Program-made: the position numbers and the translations under genes
Shown: positions 24,608 through 32,000 of the stretch, in pieces
Position numbering within the stretch: position 1 is the stretch's first letter
Layout: each line of letters begins with the position of its first letter
Notes under the pieces: model-generated
What the model saw: the letters and a program-made list of their open reading frames with translations, nothing else
Database searches by the model: none
Told to the model about the DNA's origin: nothing
Assembly: GCF_000196555.1 (NCBI RefSeq)
Contig: NC_015067.1
Location: 2,190,001-2,222,000, forward strand
Origin: Bifidobacterium longum subsp. longum JCM 1217
GTDB taxonomy: Bacteria > Actinomycetota > Actinomycetes > Actinomycetales > Bifidobacteriaceae
DNA: 32,000 nt
Direction of reading: 5' to 3'

Positions 24608-24637
24608 GACCATTTTCGTGGAGTCACGAAAATGGTC
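24608..24637. promoter_or_regulatory. Perfect 13-bp-arm palindrome immediately upstream of the dinD homologue
   Basis: gaccattttcgtg-gagt-cacgaaaatggtc, ending 24 nt before the ATG at 24661. No U-tract, so an operator is more likely than a terminator. Confidence 0.4.
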
Positions 24638-24660
24638 ATGAAAAACATAAGGACACACCC

Positions 24661-25254
24661 ATGAACCGCGACGAAATCACACGCAAAACCAGCGAACTCA
24701 GCACTATCGCACACACCACCGAGGACTCCAAAGTTGAGTATTGGTATGCACGCGAGCTAATGACCTATATGGGGTACGACAGATGGGAAAACTTCAGCAA
24801 AGCTATTACACGAGCCAAGCAAGCTTGCGACAATTCCGGCGTATCCGTTGAATCCCATTTCCGTGACACTACGCGAGACGTGACTCTCGGCAGCGGTGCC
24901 ACCCGCTCCATCGCGGACGTCAAGCTCACCCGATACGCCTGCTATCTCATTGCTCAAAACGGTGATCCAAAGAAAGAAGAAGTGGCACTTCTCCAGAGCT
25001 ATTTTGCCGTTCAGACTCGCAAAACGGAAATCATTGAGCAACGCATGGGAGAAATCAGCCGGCTCGCCGGCCGAGAGGCCCTTGCCACTGCAGAGAAGAA
25101 ACTCTATCCGTATACCCAAATCACACACAACAAAACCGCACAAGAGCACATGTACACGCCCAACCACGCCGCAGAACGCCGGCAAGGATGTGATACAGGC
25201 CACAGAAAGCGTTGTACCGCCCAGGCAATGCAACAATTGTCCGCTATGCTCTGA
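24661..25254 (+). CDS. dinD: DNA-damage-inducible protein D (DinD) family, apparently C-terminally truncated or replaced
   Basis: YWYARELMTYMGYDRWENFSKAITRAKQACDNSG...VKLTRYACYLIAQNGDPKKEEVALLQSYFAVQTRK matches the DinD N-terminal half. Beyond about residue 150 (about nt 25105) the sequence (YPYTQITHNKTAQEHMY...) has no DinD character. AAGGA lies 8 nt upstream of the ATG. Confidence 0.7.
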   Translation: MNRDEITRKTSELSTIAHTTEDSKVEYWYARELMTYMGYDRWENFSKAITRAKQACDNSGVSVESHFRDTTRDVTLGSGATRSIADVKLTRYACYLIAQNGDPKKEEVALLQSYFAVQTRKTEIIEQRMGEISRLAGREALATAEKKLYPYTQITHNKTAQEHMYTPNHAAERRQGCDTGHRKRCTAQAMQQLSAML

Positions 25255-25299
25255 AGGCAGATGGCGGCACGGATGCCATCCCAAAGAGGGGGTATGACC

Positions 25300-25443
25300 A
25301 TGATTCGGGGTATGAACCTATGCAGCATCGCCGGCTGCACGCACGAAGCAGAAGAAGCGGGCATGTGCAACATGCATTTCACATCAGCGCTGGTTCACGG
25401 AGCGCTGCACTACACTGCGGGCGGACGTCCGTCGCACTGCTGA
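25300..25443 (+). CDS. Small ORF with an HNH-endonuclease-associated zinc-ribbon-like motif (probable gene remnant)
   Basis: MNLCSIAGCTHEAEEAGMCNMHF resembles the C-x3-GC-x7-G-x-C-x2-H motif at the N-terminus of actinophage/actinobacterial HNH proteins. GAGGGGG lies 7 nt upstream of the ATG at 25300. No nuclease domain follows. Confidence 0.3.
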   Translation: MIRGMNLCSIAGCTHEAEEAGMCNMHFTSALVHGALHYTAGGRPSHC

Positions 25444-25524
25444 GCGCAACAACAAAGCAAAACAACCAGTAACGCTCAACGGCTTCCACATGTTCATGCT
25501 CTAATTGCATGTACTTGCAGACAC

Positions 25525-25581
25525 AATGGCCGGTCTGAGCCAGCTGCCCTCGCATGGAGCAGCTGGCTCAGACCGGCCATT
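25525..25581. terminator. 23-bp perfect hairpin between the remnant island and the GH43 gene end
   Basis: aatggccggtctgagccagctgc (25525-25547) / gcagctggctcagaccggccatt (25559-25581), with an 11-nt loop. On the plus strand it is followed by ATTGTTGCTTTGTACTGTTTG. Confidence 0.5.
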
Positions 25582-25709
25582 ATTGTTGCTTTGTACTGTT
25601 TGCACTGTATTGCGCCTGCATTGCGCAAGCTCGGGCGCACTCGCTGAGTGGCGTGAATCGCAGATTGCTCAATAGCAACGCAATCCACGCTACTCAGCAG
25701 TTGCCATGG

Positions 25710-28700
25710 TTATGCGCGGCGTTTGCGGATGACGAGCAAGGCACCAGCCGCAGCTGCCAGCGCCACAACCACGACCGCAATGGCAGCCACGGCAGCACCC
25801 GTATTCGAAAGGGGCGCAGCGCCATTAGCAGCCGGCTCATTCGTGGCAGTGTTACCGGGCTTAGCAGTGTTGCCAGGATTGTTGGTATCGCCGGGCTTCT
25901 GCTCTCCAGGGCCGGGAGTGACCTCCGTGGCTGTGACCGTGACTTCGAACGTCGCGTTCACGCCACGATAAGAGACGGTGATGGTCTTCGTGCCTGCGGT
26001 GGCAGAATCAAAGCCAGTGAACTTCAGATCACCATCAGTTGGATCAATCAGCTTGCGCAGCGTTTCGGTATCGCCGACTTTGTAAATGGCGGATACCTTC
26101 ACATCGGCAGCGTTGAACTTATCGCCTACCTGATAGGAATCCTTGGTCACTTCCACAGCAAGCTCGGCCAACTGAGGCAGTTCGCCGAATGTCACTGTGT
26201 AGGTTTCCGCCGTGCCATCCTCAGCAGTCACAGTCACCGTGGCCACGCCACTGTTCTCGGTCGAAGCCTGCTCCACCTGCACCGTAGCCTTCGCGTCAGC
26301 AGCAGTCGCCTCCACCGTCGGGTAAGAAGCAGCGTCTCCGGCCAGCGCACCGGCATATTCGGTGATATCCGCGGAGAATCCGTCAACCGTCTTGCCATCC
26401 ACAGTCAGATCAGCAAGATTGGCGTTACTAGACGGCTGCGGCTCTGGCGTTGCTTCACCTTCGGCGATGCGTACTTCAGCGATCTTGGCATAGTCATTGC
26501 CATCGGCATAGGTGAAGTTGAGGCGAATGCCCTTGGTGGCGGGCAGAGCGCTCACATCGGCTTCCGTCACGGCTCCAGCAGCACCATTCACAGTGACTGC
26601 CGGCAGCGTGGCATCAGTCCACGTGGCGTTGTCTTCAGCTAGGTACGATACAGTGAAGCTCTTCGGAGCGGCCTCGCCCTTGGCCTTATCCACCGCAACG
26701 CTGAGCTTGCCCAGCTGATATGCCTTATCGAAGGTGTAGCTGAGCCACGGCGAGGTGTCGCCGGTGCCCCAGTTCGACCAGTTGGTGCTCAGATTGTTGT
26801 CGCAAGTCAGGTCGGCCGTAGAAGCGGAGGCCCAGCTGCTGGCCGGCTCATACTTCGAGGCTGCGGCGGACGAGCAGAACAACCGGGCAAGGTTGCTTTC
26901 CACAGTCACGGTGAGCGTGGCAGTTACTGAAGAATCAGTGACAAGGCGTACCGTCACGGTTTGCTCGCCCAATTTGGTGGTGTCGAAGCCTTCCAACGTG
27001 TATTCATCTGGCTCCAGTACACGCGTCTTGCCATTGGTGAGCGTAGCGGTAACCGTCACGTCCTTATGCGCGAGCGTCTGCCTCTTGGCGATAGTGGTTT
27101 CAGGGCCCTTGGCCGCGATGGACTCCACAGCAGCAGTCTGCGAACCGAACGCAGTGCCGTTGAAGGCCACGGTGAATGCGCCGGCATTGCTGTTCGACGT
27201 GGCGAAAGCACCGGCATCGAGCCCGGTTACGTCCGCACCGGTCAGCGTTACCGTAGCGACATCCTGCCATTCATCGTTCGCGGAAGCACGCCAGTAGCCT
27301 TTCAGAGTATCGGTTGAGATGCGCTCCAGCTTGAGCTGCACTTGGTCGCCGAAGCCGGTACCAACATGCGATGTTTCCTTATCGATGTAGCCATCGGCAT
27401 TGGAATCGTACTGCATGTAAACGCCGCTTAGGCTGGCAAGTAACGTGGCATATCCCTTGCCGCCGTTAGCGTCAGCAAGACCGTTACGGACCACCAGACC
27501 GGCGCGCGGATCGCCATTACCGCCCAAGTCGAGCGGCTTGACCGTGGTTTCCAGCGTTTCGTTCACGTCCAGAGCATCAGGCTGGTACACCGCACTGCCC
27601 TCGTTGCGATCCGTCCAGACGCCACGATTGGCGTTGTCCGTAATCGTGAAGTCATAAGCACCGCCGGACGCAGAAACCTGGCACGCGCTGCCGCCCTTCC
27701 AATGAGCTTCCTTCCAACTTCCGGAAATCGGGTTGGAGCAGGAAACATCGATGGTTCTACGGAATGTACGGCCCGGATTGAAGTTACTGCTCTCGGCAAG
27801 AGTGCCCGTAATGGTGTAGGCTCCCGGCACATTGAATGCGTAGGTGTTACCAGCAGCCTTGGTCGACTTGCTGACTGCCGTACCGCCTTCCACATTCCAT
27901 GTCACCTTGGTAGCAATGGTATCGTCGCCTTCCTTGACGTTGACGGTGTCCGGCAGAGTAACGGTTCCGCCCGTGTTCACGGTCTTCGGGAGATCATCGC
28001 CGGTTTCCACAGTCCAGTTGACCAGCTTGCCCTTGGCGCTACCATGGTTGCCCCAATAGCTCAGATCCCAACCGTCGGGCTCGCCTTCTTGAGCAGGATT
28101 GTGCATTTCGATGGTGCCGTTCTCACCGATGGTCAGCGGCAGCCAAACATAGGTGGAATCGGCTTTACCGGAATCCCAACGGTCACCAAGGTAGATGAAG
28201 TGACCTTTCTCCTGGTCTACTGCGAGCACACTAGCCGACTGCGAACCGAATGTGGTGCCGCGGGTATCGCCCACGGACAACAGACCATCCGCGCCTTCCG
28301 GCATGTTGTTGTACCACGTGTTCTCGTTGACATCGTCCTTTTCCACGCCACGGGTCCAGTTTCCCAGCATGGAGTCGGCGGTGTAGTAGGTCTGCTTGTT
28401 CGGGGCCCAGCCGGTTGCACCAGATGCGATGATGTTGTAACGCCCGTCATATTGGAATACGGCAGGAGCTTCCAGCGAACCATTTTGTTTGACGATTTGG
28501 AAATCTTCGCCACGCACCGGGGCATCCGTAGTAGCGTCTGCAAGAATGTATGGGTACTGCCCGTCAGCAGAGTACTGCTTTTGTCCCTCGGACTGGTCCA
28601 CATTCGTGGTCTTGACTACATTGGTGTAATCATCGTTGAGCTTGGCGATGTACAGCGTGGCATTGGCTTCGGAAGAATACAGTACATAGGCACTGTCGTC

Positions 28701-29546
28701 CTTCGGGTCCACGAACACAGTCATATCGCGGCTGTCACCGTTCTCACCCCAGCTGGGGTTACCTGCGGCTTCTTTCCAATTGTTCTGGTTAGGCAAACGA
28801 TAGGCACCCACCATAGTGAACGGGCCCGCCGGATTGTCGGAAACAGCCACGCCCGCAAGTGCACGTGCATAGTTGGAACCGCCCGGCGTGGTGCTTCCAT
28901 CGGAATGCCACCACAGCACGTATTGCTTGTTCTTCTTGTTGTAGATGATCTTCGGACGCTCGAAAATGCCCTGTACGGAATCAACCGCGCCATCACCATC
29001 CTGATCGGGGTTGGTGTTGAGGTACGGGAAGATTGCGTCGGCCTTGGCAGCGTCCACACTGCCGTCGGACTTGGTCAGGTTGTAGGCCTTGTCGAAGTAG
29101 GCGTAATCGGCATTGCTCTTATCCGTCAACTGAGATTTGCTGGTCACCGCACGCAGCGCCACACCAAGGTCAGTCCAGTTGTATAGATCTGTCGACATAT
29201 AAGCATGAACACCGGGGCTGTTGTCGTAACCGTTAGAACGGTCTTCGCCATACCAGTAGTAGGCGTCGCCAACCTTGACCACTTGGCCACCGTGCGCTTG
29301 GATGTGTGTGCCGCCATTATCATTGGCGTTCTTGGCATACCAATATGGCTGGAAGTAATCGCTAGCGTTCTTGCCCGGATCGGCTGTGGGCTGGAACTTG
29401 GTGTATGTCGGCACTTGGCCGATGGTAGGCAGGTAATCCACACCTGCCGCACTGGCACTTGCAGCGGCCAGCCCGCATGACAATAGCGTTGCCGCGGCGG
29501 TAATTGCCGCGATAAGAGCGCCCTTGCCCTTATTGTTTATCTTCAT
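25710..29546 (-). CDS. Secreted, LPXTG-type wall-anchored multidomain GH43 glycosidase
   Basis: 1278 aa. Signal peptide MKINNKGKGALIAAITAAATLLSCGLAAASASAAG. GH43 motifs HAYMSTDLYNWT, FERPKIIY, RDMTVFVDPKDDSAYVLY and LEAPAVFQYDGRYNIIASGATGWAPN. Then lectin/CBM-like and Ig-like modules. C-terminal LSNTG, a hydrophobic helix and RKRRA. Confidence 0.93.
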   Translation of the reverse strand: MKINNKGKGALIAAITAAATLLSCGLAAASASAAGVDYLPTIGQVPTYTKFQPTADPGKNASDYFQPYWYAKNANDNGGTHIQAHGGQVVKVGDAYYWYGEDRSNGYDNSPGVHAYMSTDLYNWTDLGVALRAVTSKSQLTDKSNADYAYFDKAYNLTKSDGSVDAAKADAIFPYLNTNPDQDGDGAVDSVQGIFERPKIIYNKKNKQYVLWWHSDGSTTPGGSNYARALAGVAVSDNPAGPFTMVGAYRLPNQNNWKEAAGNPSWGENGDSRDMTVFVDPKDDSAYVLYSSEANATLYIAKLNDDYTNVVKTTNVDQSEGQKQYSADGQYPYILADATTDAPVRGEDFQIVKQNGSLEAPAVFQYDGRYNIIASGATGWAPNKQTYYTADSMLGNWTRGVEKDDVNENTWYNNMPEGADGLLSVGDTRGTTFGSQSASVLAVDQEKGHFIYLGDRWDSGKADSTYVWLPLTIGENGTIEMHNPAQEGEPDGWDLSYWGNHGSAKGKLVNWTVETGDDLPKTVNTGGTVTLPDTVNVKEGDDTIATKVTWNVEGGTAVSKSTKAAGNTYAFNVPGAYTITGTLAESSNFNPGRTFRRTIDVSCSNPISGSWKEAHWKGGSACQVSASGGAYDFTITDNANRGVWTDRNEGSAVYQPDALDVNETLETTVKPLDLGGNGDPRAGLVVRNGLADANGGKGYATLLASLSGVYMQYDSNADGYIDKETSHVGTGFGDQVQLKLERISTDTLKGYWRASANDEWQDVATVTLTGADVTGLDAGAFATSNSNAGAFTVAFNGTAFGSQTAAVESIAAKGPETTIAKRQTLAHKDVTVTATLTNGKTRVLEPDEYTLEGFDTTKLGEQTVTVRLVTDSSVTATLTVTVESNLARLFCSSAAASKYEPASSWASASTADLTCDNNLSTNWSNWGTGDTSPWLSYTFDKAYQLGKLSVAVDKAKGEAAPKSFTVSYLAEDNATWTDATLPAVTVNGAAGAVTEADVSALPATKGIRLNFTYADGNDYAKIAEVRIAEGEATPEPQPSSNANLADLTVDGKTVDGFSADITEYAGALAGDAASYPTVEATAADAKATVQVEQASTENSGVATVTVTAEDGTAETYTVTFGELPQLAELAVEVTKDSYQVGDKFNAADVKVSAIYKVGDTETLRKLIDPTDGDLKFTGFDSATAGTKTITVSYRGVNATFEVTVTATEVTPGPGEQKPGDTNNPGNTAKPGNTATNEPAANGAAPLSNTGAAVAAIAVVVVALAAAAGALLVIRKRRA

Positions 29547-29641
29547 TGATTTGGTTCCTTGATTGATGATAACGGTTTTTTGAACAAACAGTTATGTCGC
29601 TATCCGCGAAGCCAGAAAAGGTTCGACAAATCAATATACCG

Positions 29642-29659
29642 ATACTGAAAACTCAGTAT
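29642..29659. promoter_or_regulatory. Palindrome ATACTGA-AAAC-TCAGTAT upstream of the GH43 gene
   Basis: Perfect 7-bp arms, about 100 bp upstream of the ATG at 29546. The overlapping atataccgatactg (29634-29647) matches the 3365-3378 operator-like site at 10/14 positions. Confidence 0.3.
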
Positions 29660-29701
29660 TCAACTTGTCGGACCAATTATGGTCAAAGAGCGGAGGAACC
29701 G

Positions 29702-29726
29702 GCCGGCAATAGTCAATATTGCCGGC
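29702..29726 (-). terminator. Hairpin downstream of the upstream LPXTG gene
   Basis: gccggcaata-gtcaa-tattgccggc, a 10-bp stem flanked by ggaac/gttcc, beginning 32 nt below the stop at 29758. The U-tract is weak. Confidence 0.4.
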
Positions 29727-29757
29727 TTGTTCCTTCACCCATTACTGCGCGAGGGTG

Positions 29758-32000
29758 CTATGCACGCTTGCGCAGCATGAACAGTGCACCCGCGGCAGCG
29801 GCCAGCAGAGCGACAGCGCCAGCGATGGCGGCAACACTGGAACCGGTGTTGGCCACCGTGTTCTTGTTGCCGTTGCCGGTGGCACCGGGCTTGTTGGTGT
29901 TGCCGGGCTTCTGTTCTTCAGGGCCAGGGGCGACTGCGTTGGCCTTGACCGTGACGTTGAAGGTCGCGGTCACACCACGGTAGGAGACGGTAATCGCCTT
30001 CTTGCCTGCGGTGGTGGAGTCGAACGAGCCAATCGCAAGCTGCGGGTCGTCAAGAGCGACCGGCACTTCCTTGGTCTTGTCGCCACTCTGGTAGACGGCA
30101 GTCACCTTCAGACCGGCGGTATCGAGCTTGTCGCCGATGGCGTACTCGGTCTTCGTGGGTCCGATCACCTTGAGCGAAGCCAAAGTGAAGGCGTTGAAGG
30201 TCACCGTGTAGGTCTTCGTCTCAGACTCGTCGGCTGAGGTCACCGTAATGGCGGCCTTGCCGCCAAGCTTGCCGTTCTCAACCGCGTCGCCAGTCACCTT
30301 GACGGCGGCGGCATTGTCGGTGGCGAAGGCCTGCAGCACCGGGTTTGCCTCGGCGTCGACCGGCAGATCAACCGTGTAGTCGGTCTTGGACGGGTCGAAG
30401 CCTTCAACGGTTTCGCCGTCAAGACGCAGGTCGCCCAGCGTGGCATCGGATGCTGGCTGCGGGGTGAGTACCGTGCTGTCTTGTGCGAACACCTGGATCT
30501 CAGCCACGTTGATGTACACCTTGGTGTCCTGCAATGTGTTAGTCAGGCGGATGGCCTTGGCCTTTACCGGGGTGCCGAGCACGAAGTCAACGGTCGGGGT
30601 GTCGGCGGCGGTGATGCCGTCGGAGCCAGAGCCGGCATCGCCGGCCTGTATCTTCCAGCCATCCTTGGTACCGACTCCATGCCATTCGCCAGCCTCATCC
30701 TGGTATTCCAGCGTCTGGCTCTTCGGCCAAGACGCACGACCATCGTAGTAGAAGAAGGTCTTCACTTCGGTGATGGTCTGAGCTTCGTCGAAGGTGAACG
30801 TGGCGACCGGGTCCACCGTCGAGGCGGTGGAAGCCCAAGTGGACCAACCCTTTGACGTAGTGTCACCATCGATGGCCTTGGAAGCGGAGGCACCCTCCTG
30901 GAAGTTCACCGAGAAGTTCGTGCCAGAGGCCGCGGCGATGTTCTTCGCAGCACCCTGAACCGGCGTCACGAATGCCTGAATTTCGGTGGCGTTCATGTAG
31001 TCGTTGTTCACGGTGTTCACAATGCGCATCTTCGTGGCATTCACTGTGCCCTTATCGGCCTTGAACGTCACCGTCTGGCCTGCGGCAGGCTTAACATCGC
31101 TACCGAATTGCATCCACGTCTCGCCATCAGTGGTGTACTCGGCCTTGGCGGAAGCCGGAGCCTTGTCACCATACGTAATGGTCACGCTGCTAAGCTCACA
31201 CTCAGAGCCGAAGTCAATCGTGGCGGTCGGGCTGGCGGAATAGTCACCAGCAGAGTTCCACGTCACCCAGGCTTCAGCTGACGTGTCACCATCGGTGAGC
31301 TTCTTCCACTGATCGCCCTTGCTGTATTCCGTCTGCTGGTTGGTCACGGTCAGGTTGGAAGCAGTGTCGGCCACATTCTCAGGCGTGGCGGCGGTGACAT
31401 AGATCGCGCCCTTCAGTGCAATCGTGGTCGCGTCGTCCAGCTGGTAAGTACCGGTCACGGCAATGTTGTCGCCAGCCTTGGCATCGGCGAGCTTGGTATC
31501 AAGCCCATCGAAGTTCCACGTAACCTTAGCCGCATCGCCCTCGAATGCAGGCGATGCCTTGACGTGTAGGTACACCGGCGCAGCCTCAAGCGCGGCCTTC
31601 GCCTCGCTCGCACTGGTGCCGGCCAGCACTGTAGCCGATACCGGATCGGAAACGGTGAGCGCGCCAACGTAGACCGTAGCGGTGACGTTGAACTCGTTGC
31701 CGTACACATCGGTGGCGGTAGCGGTGGCTTCGTAGGCGCCTTCCTTGGCCACATCGACCTTGGAAGTATCCCAGTTGGCAACCGTGGCCTTGCCTTCGCC
31801 CCAAGTGTAGTAGAGCGTGACTTCGACCGGAAGCACGGCCTTCTCGTTAACGGCGGTCTGCACGTTCACGGTCTTCTGGCTGGTCGGCGTTACATTGCGC
31901 AGAGTCCATGTCTGGTTGGCGGACGGCGAAGTGCCGCTCGGTGACTGCCACAAGCCAACCTTCGTGCCGACTGTGGTACCAGAGTTATCCACATCAAGGT
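29758..32000 (-). CDS. C-terminal part of a second very large wall-anchored carbohydrate-active protein (5' end beyond window)
   Basis: The ORF is open to the window edge; the track M at 31992 is really a GTG (Val) codon. Contains a ricin-B-like Q-x-W segment (SANQTWTL), two F5/8-type-C/CBM32-like modules (AIDGDTTSKGWSTWAS...), cadherin-like and Ig-like modules. C-terminal VANTG, a hydrophobic helix and RKRA. The C-terminal ~100 aa are paralogous to the GH43 protein. Confidence 0.9.
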   Translation of the reverse strand, partial: LDVDNSGTTVGTKVGLWQSPSGTSPSANQTWTLRNVTPTSQKTVNVQTAVNEKAVLPVEVTLYYTWGEGKATVANWDTSKVDVAKEGAYEATATATDVYGNEFNVTATVYVGALTVSDPVSATVLAGTSASEAKAALEAAPVYLHVKASPAFEGDAAKVTWNFDGLDTKLADAKAGDNIAVTGTYQLDDATTIALKGAIYVTAATPENVADTASNLTVTNQQTEYSKGDQWKKLTDGDTSAEAWVTWNSAGDYSASPTATIDFGSECELSSVTITYGDKAPASAKAEYTTDGETWMQFGSDVKPAAGQTVTFKADKGTVNATKMRIVNTVNNDYMNATEIQAFVTPVQGAAKNIAAASGTNFSVNFQEGASASKAIDGDTTSKGWSTWASTASTVDPVATFTFDEAQTITEVKTFFYYDGRASWPKSQTLEYQDEAGEWHGVGTKDGWKIQAGDAGSGSDGITAADTPTVDFVLGTPVKAKAIRLTNTLQDTKVYINVAEIQVFAQDSTVLTPQPASDATLGDLRLDGETVEGFDPSKTDYTVDLPVDAEANPVLQAFATDNAAAVKVTGDAVENGKLGGKAAITVTSADESETKTYTVTFNAFTLASLKVIGPTKTEYAIGDKLDTAGLKVTAVYQSGDKTKEVPVALDDPQLAIGSFDSTTAGKKAITVSYRGVTATFNVTVKANAVAPGPEEQKPGNTNKPGATGNGNKNTVANTGSSVAAIAGAVALLAAAAGALFMLRKRA

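Noticed and set aside
24608-24637. Canonical LexA/SOS box upstream of dinD
   Set aside because: The palindrome core TTCGTG-N4-CACGAA does not match the actinobacterial TCGAAC-N4-GTTCGA consensus. It is kept only as an unassigned operator candidate.
25554-29186. 362-aa and 494-aa plus-strand ORFs inside the GH43 gene
   Set aside because: They are antisense to a 1278-aa ORF that has a signal peptide, GH43 motifs and a sorting signal. No motifs of their own.

Overview
High-GC actinobacterial chromosome segment. Gene content and protein sequences look like Bifidobacterium, longum-group style; this is my recognition, not a search result. Housekeeping genes (metG, rsmI, tRNA-Ala(CGC), pepC, apbE) are interspersed with plant-glycan utilisation genes. 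These are a GH27 alpha-galactosidase-like gene, a LacI regulator, a GH127/GH146 beta-L-arabinofuranosidase-like gene directly followed by an AraC regulator, a GPH/MFS sugar symporter, and two tandem very large LPXTG-type wall-anchored glycosidases (one GH43; the other has only its C-terminal part in the window). A MarR gene precedes a heterodimeric ABC exporter pair, and another ABC exporter gene is cut by the left edge. I see no CRISPR array, intact IS element, prophage or recognisable defence system. The features worth a second look are mostly non-coding or sub-genic. (1) A dense, co-oriented cluster of TTATCCACA (DnaA-box) motifs lies between metG and a small inserted gene pair. A near-identical double-box module sits upstream of a paralogous DUF559-type gene, and a third copy of the same 14-mer lies inside a CDS. 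(2) A roughly 60-aa Lys/Asp/Cys-rich CKC-repeat, metallothionein-like insertion sits inside aminopeptidase C. (3) A 1-kb gene-free convergent gap contains a 245-bp element with about 76-nt inverted arms, plus an orphan terminator preceded by a CU-rich tract. (4) REP-like GC-rich palindromic elements lie downstream of and between the ABC exporter genes. (5) A TGTAnCGnTACA operator-like palindrome is shared by the GH27/lacI and GH127 promoter regions. (6) An AT-richer remnant island carries a truncated dinD and an HNH-type zinc-ribbon fragment. Several very long ORFs in the track (1058, 1244, 682 and 486 aa) are antisense artefacts of high GC content.
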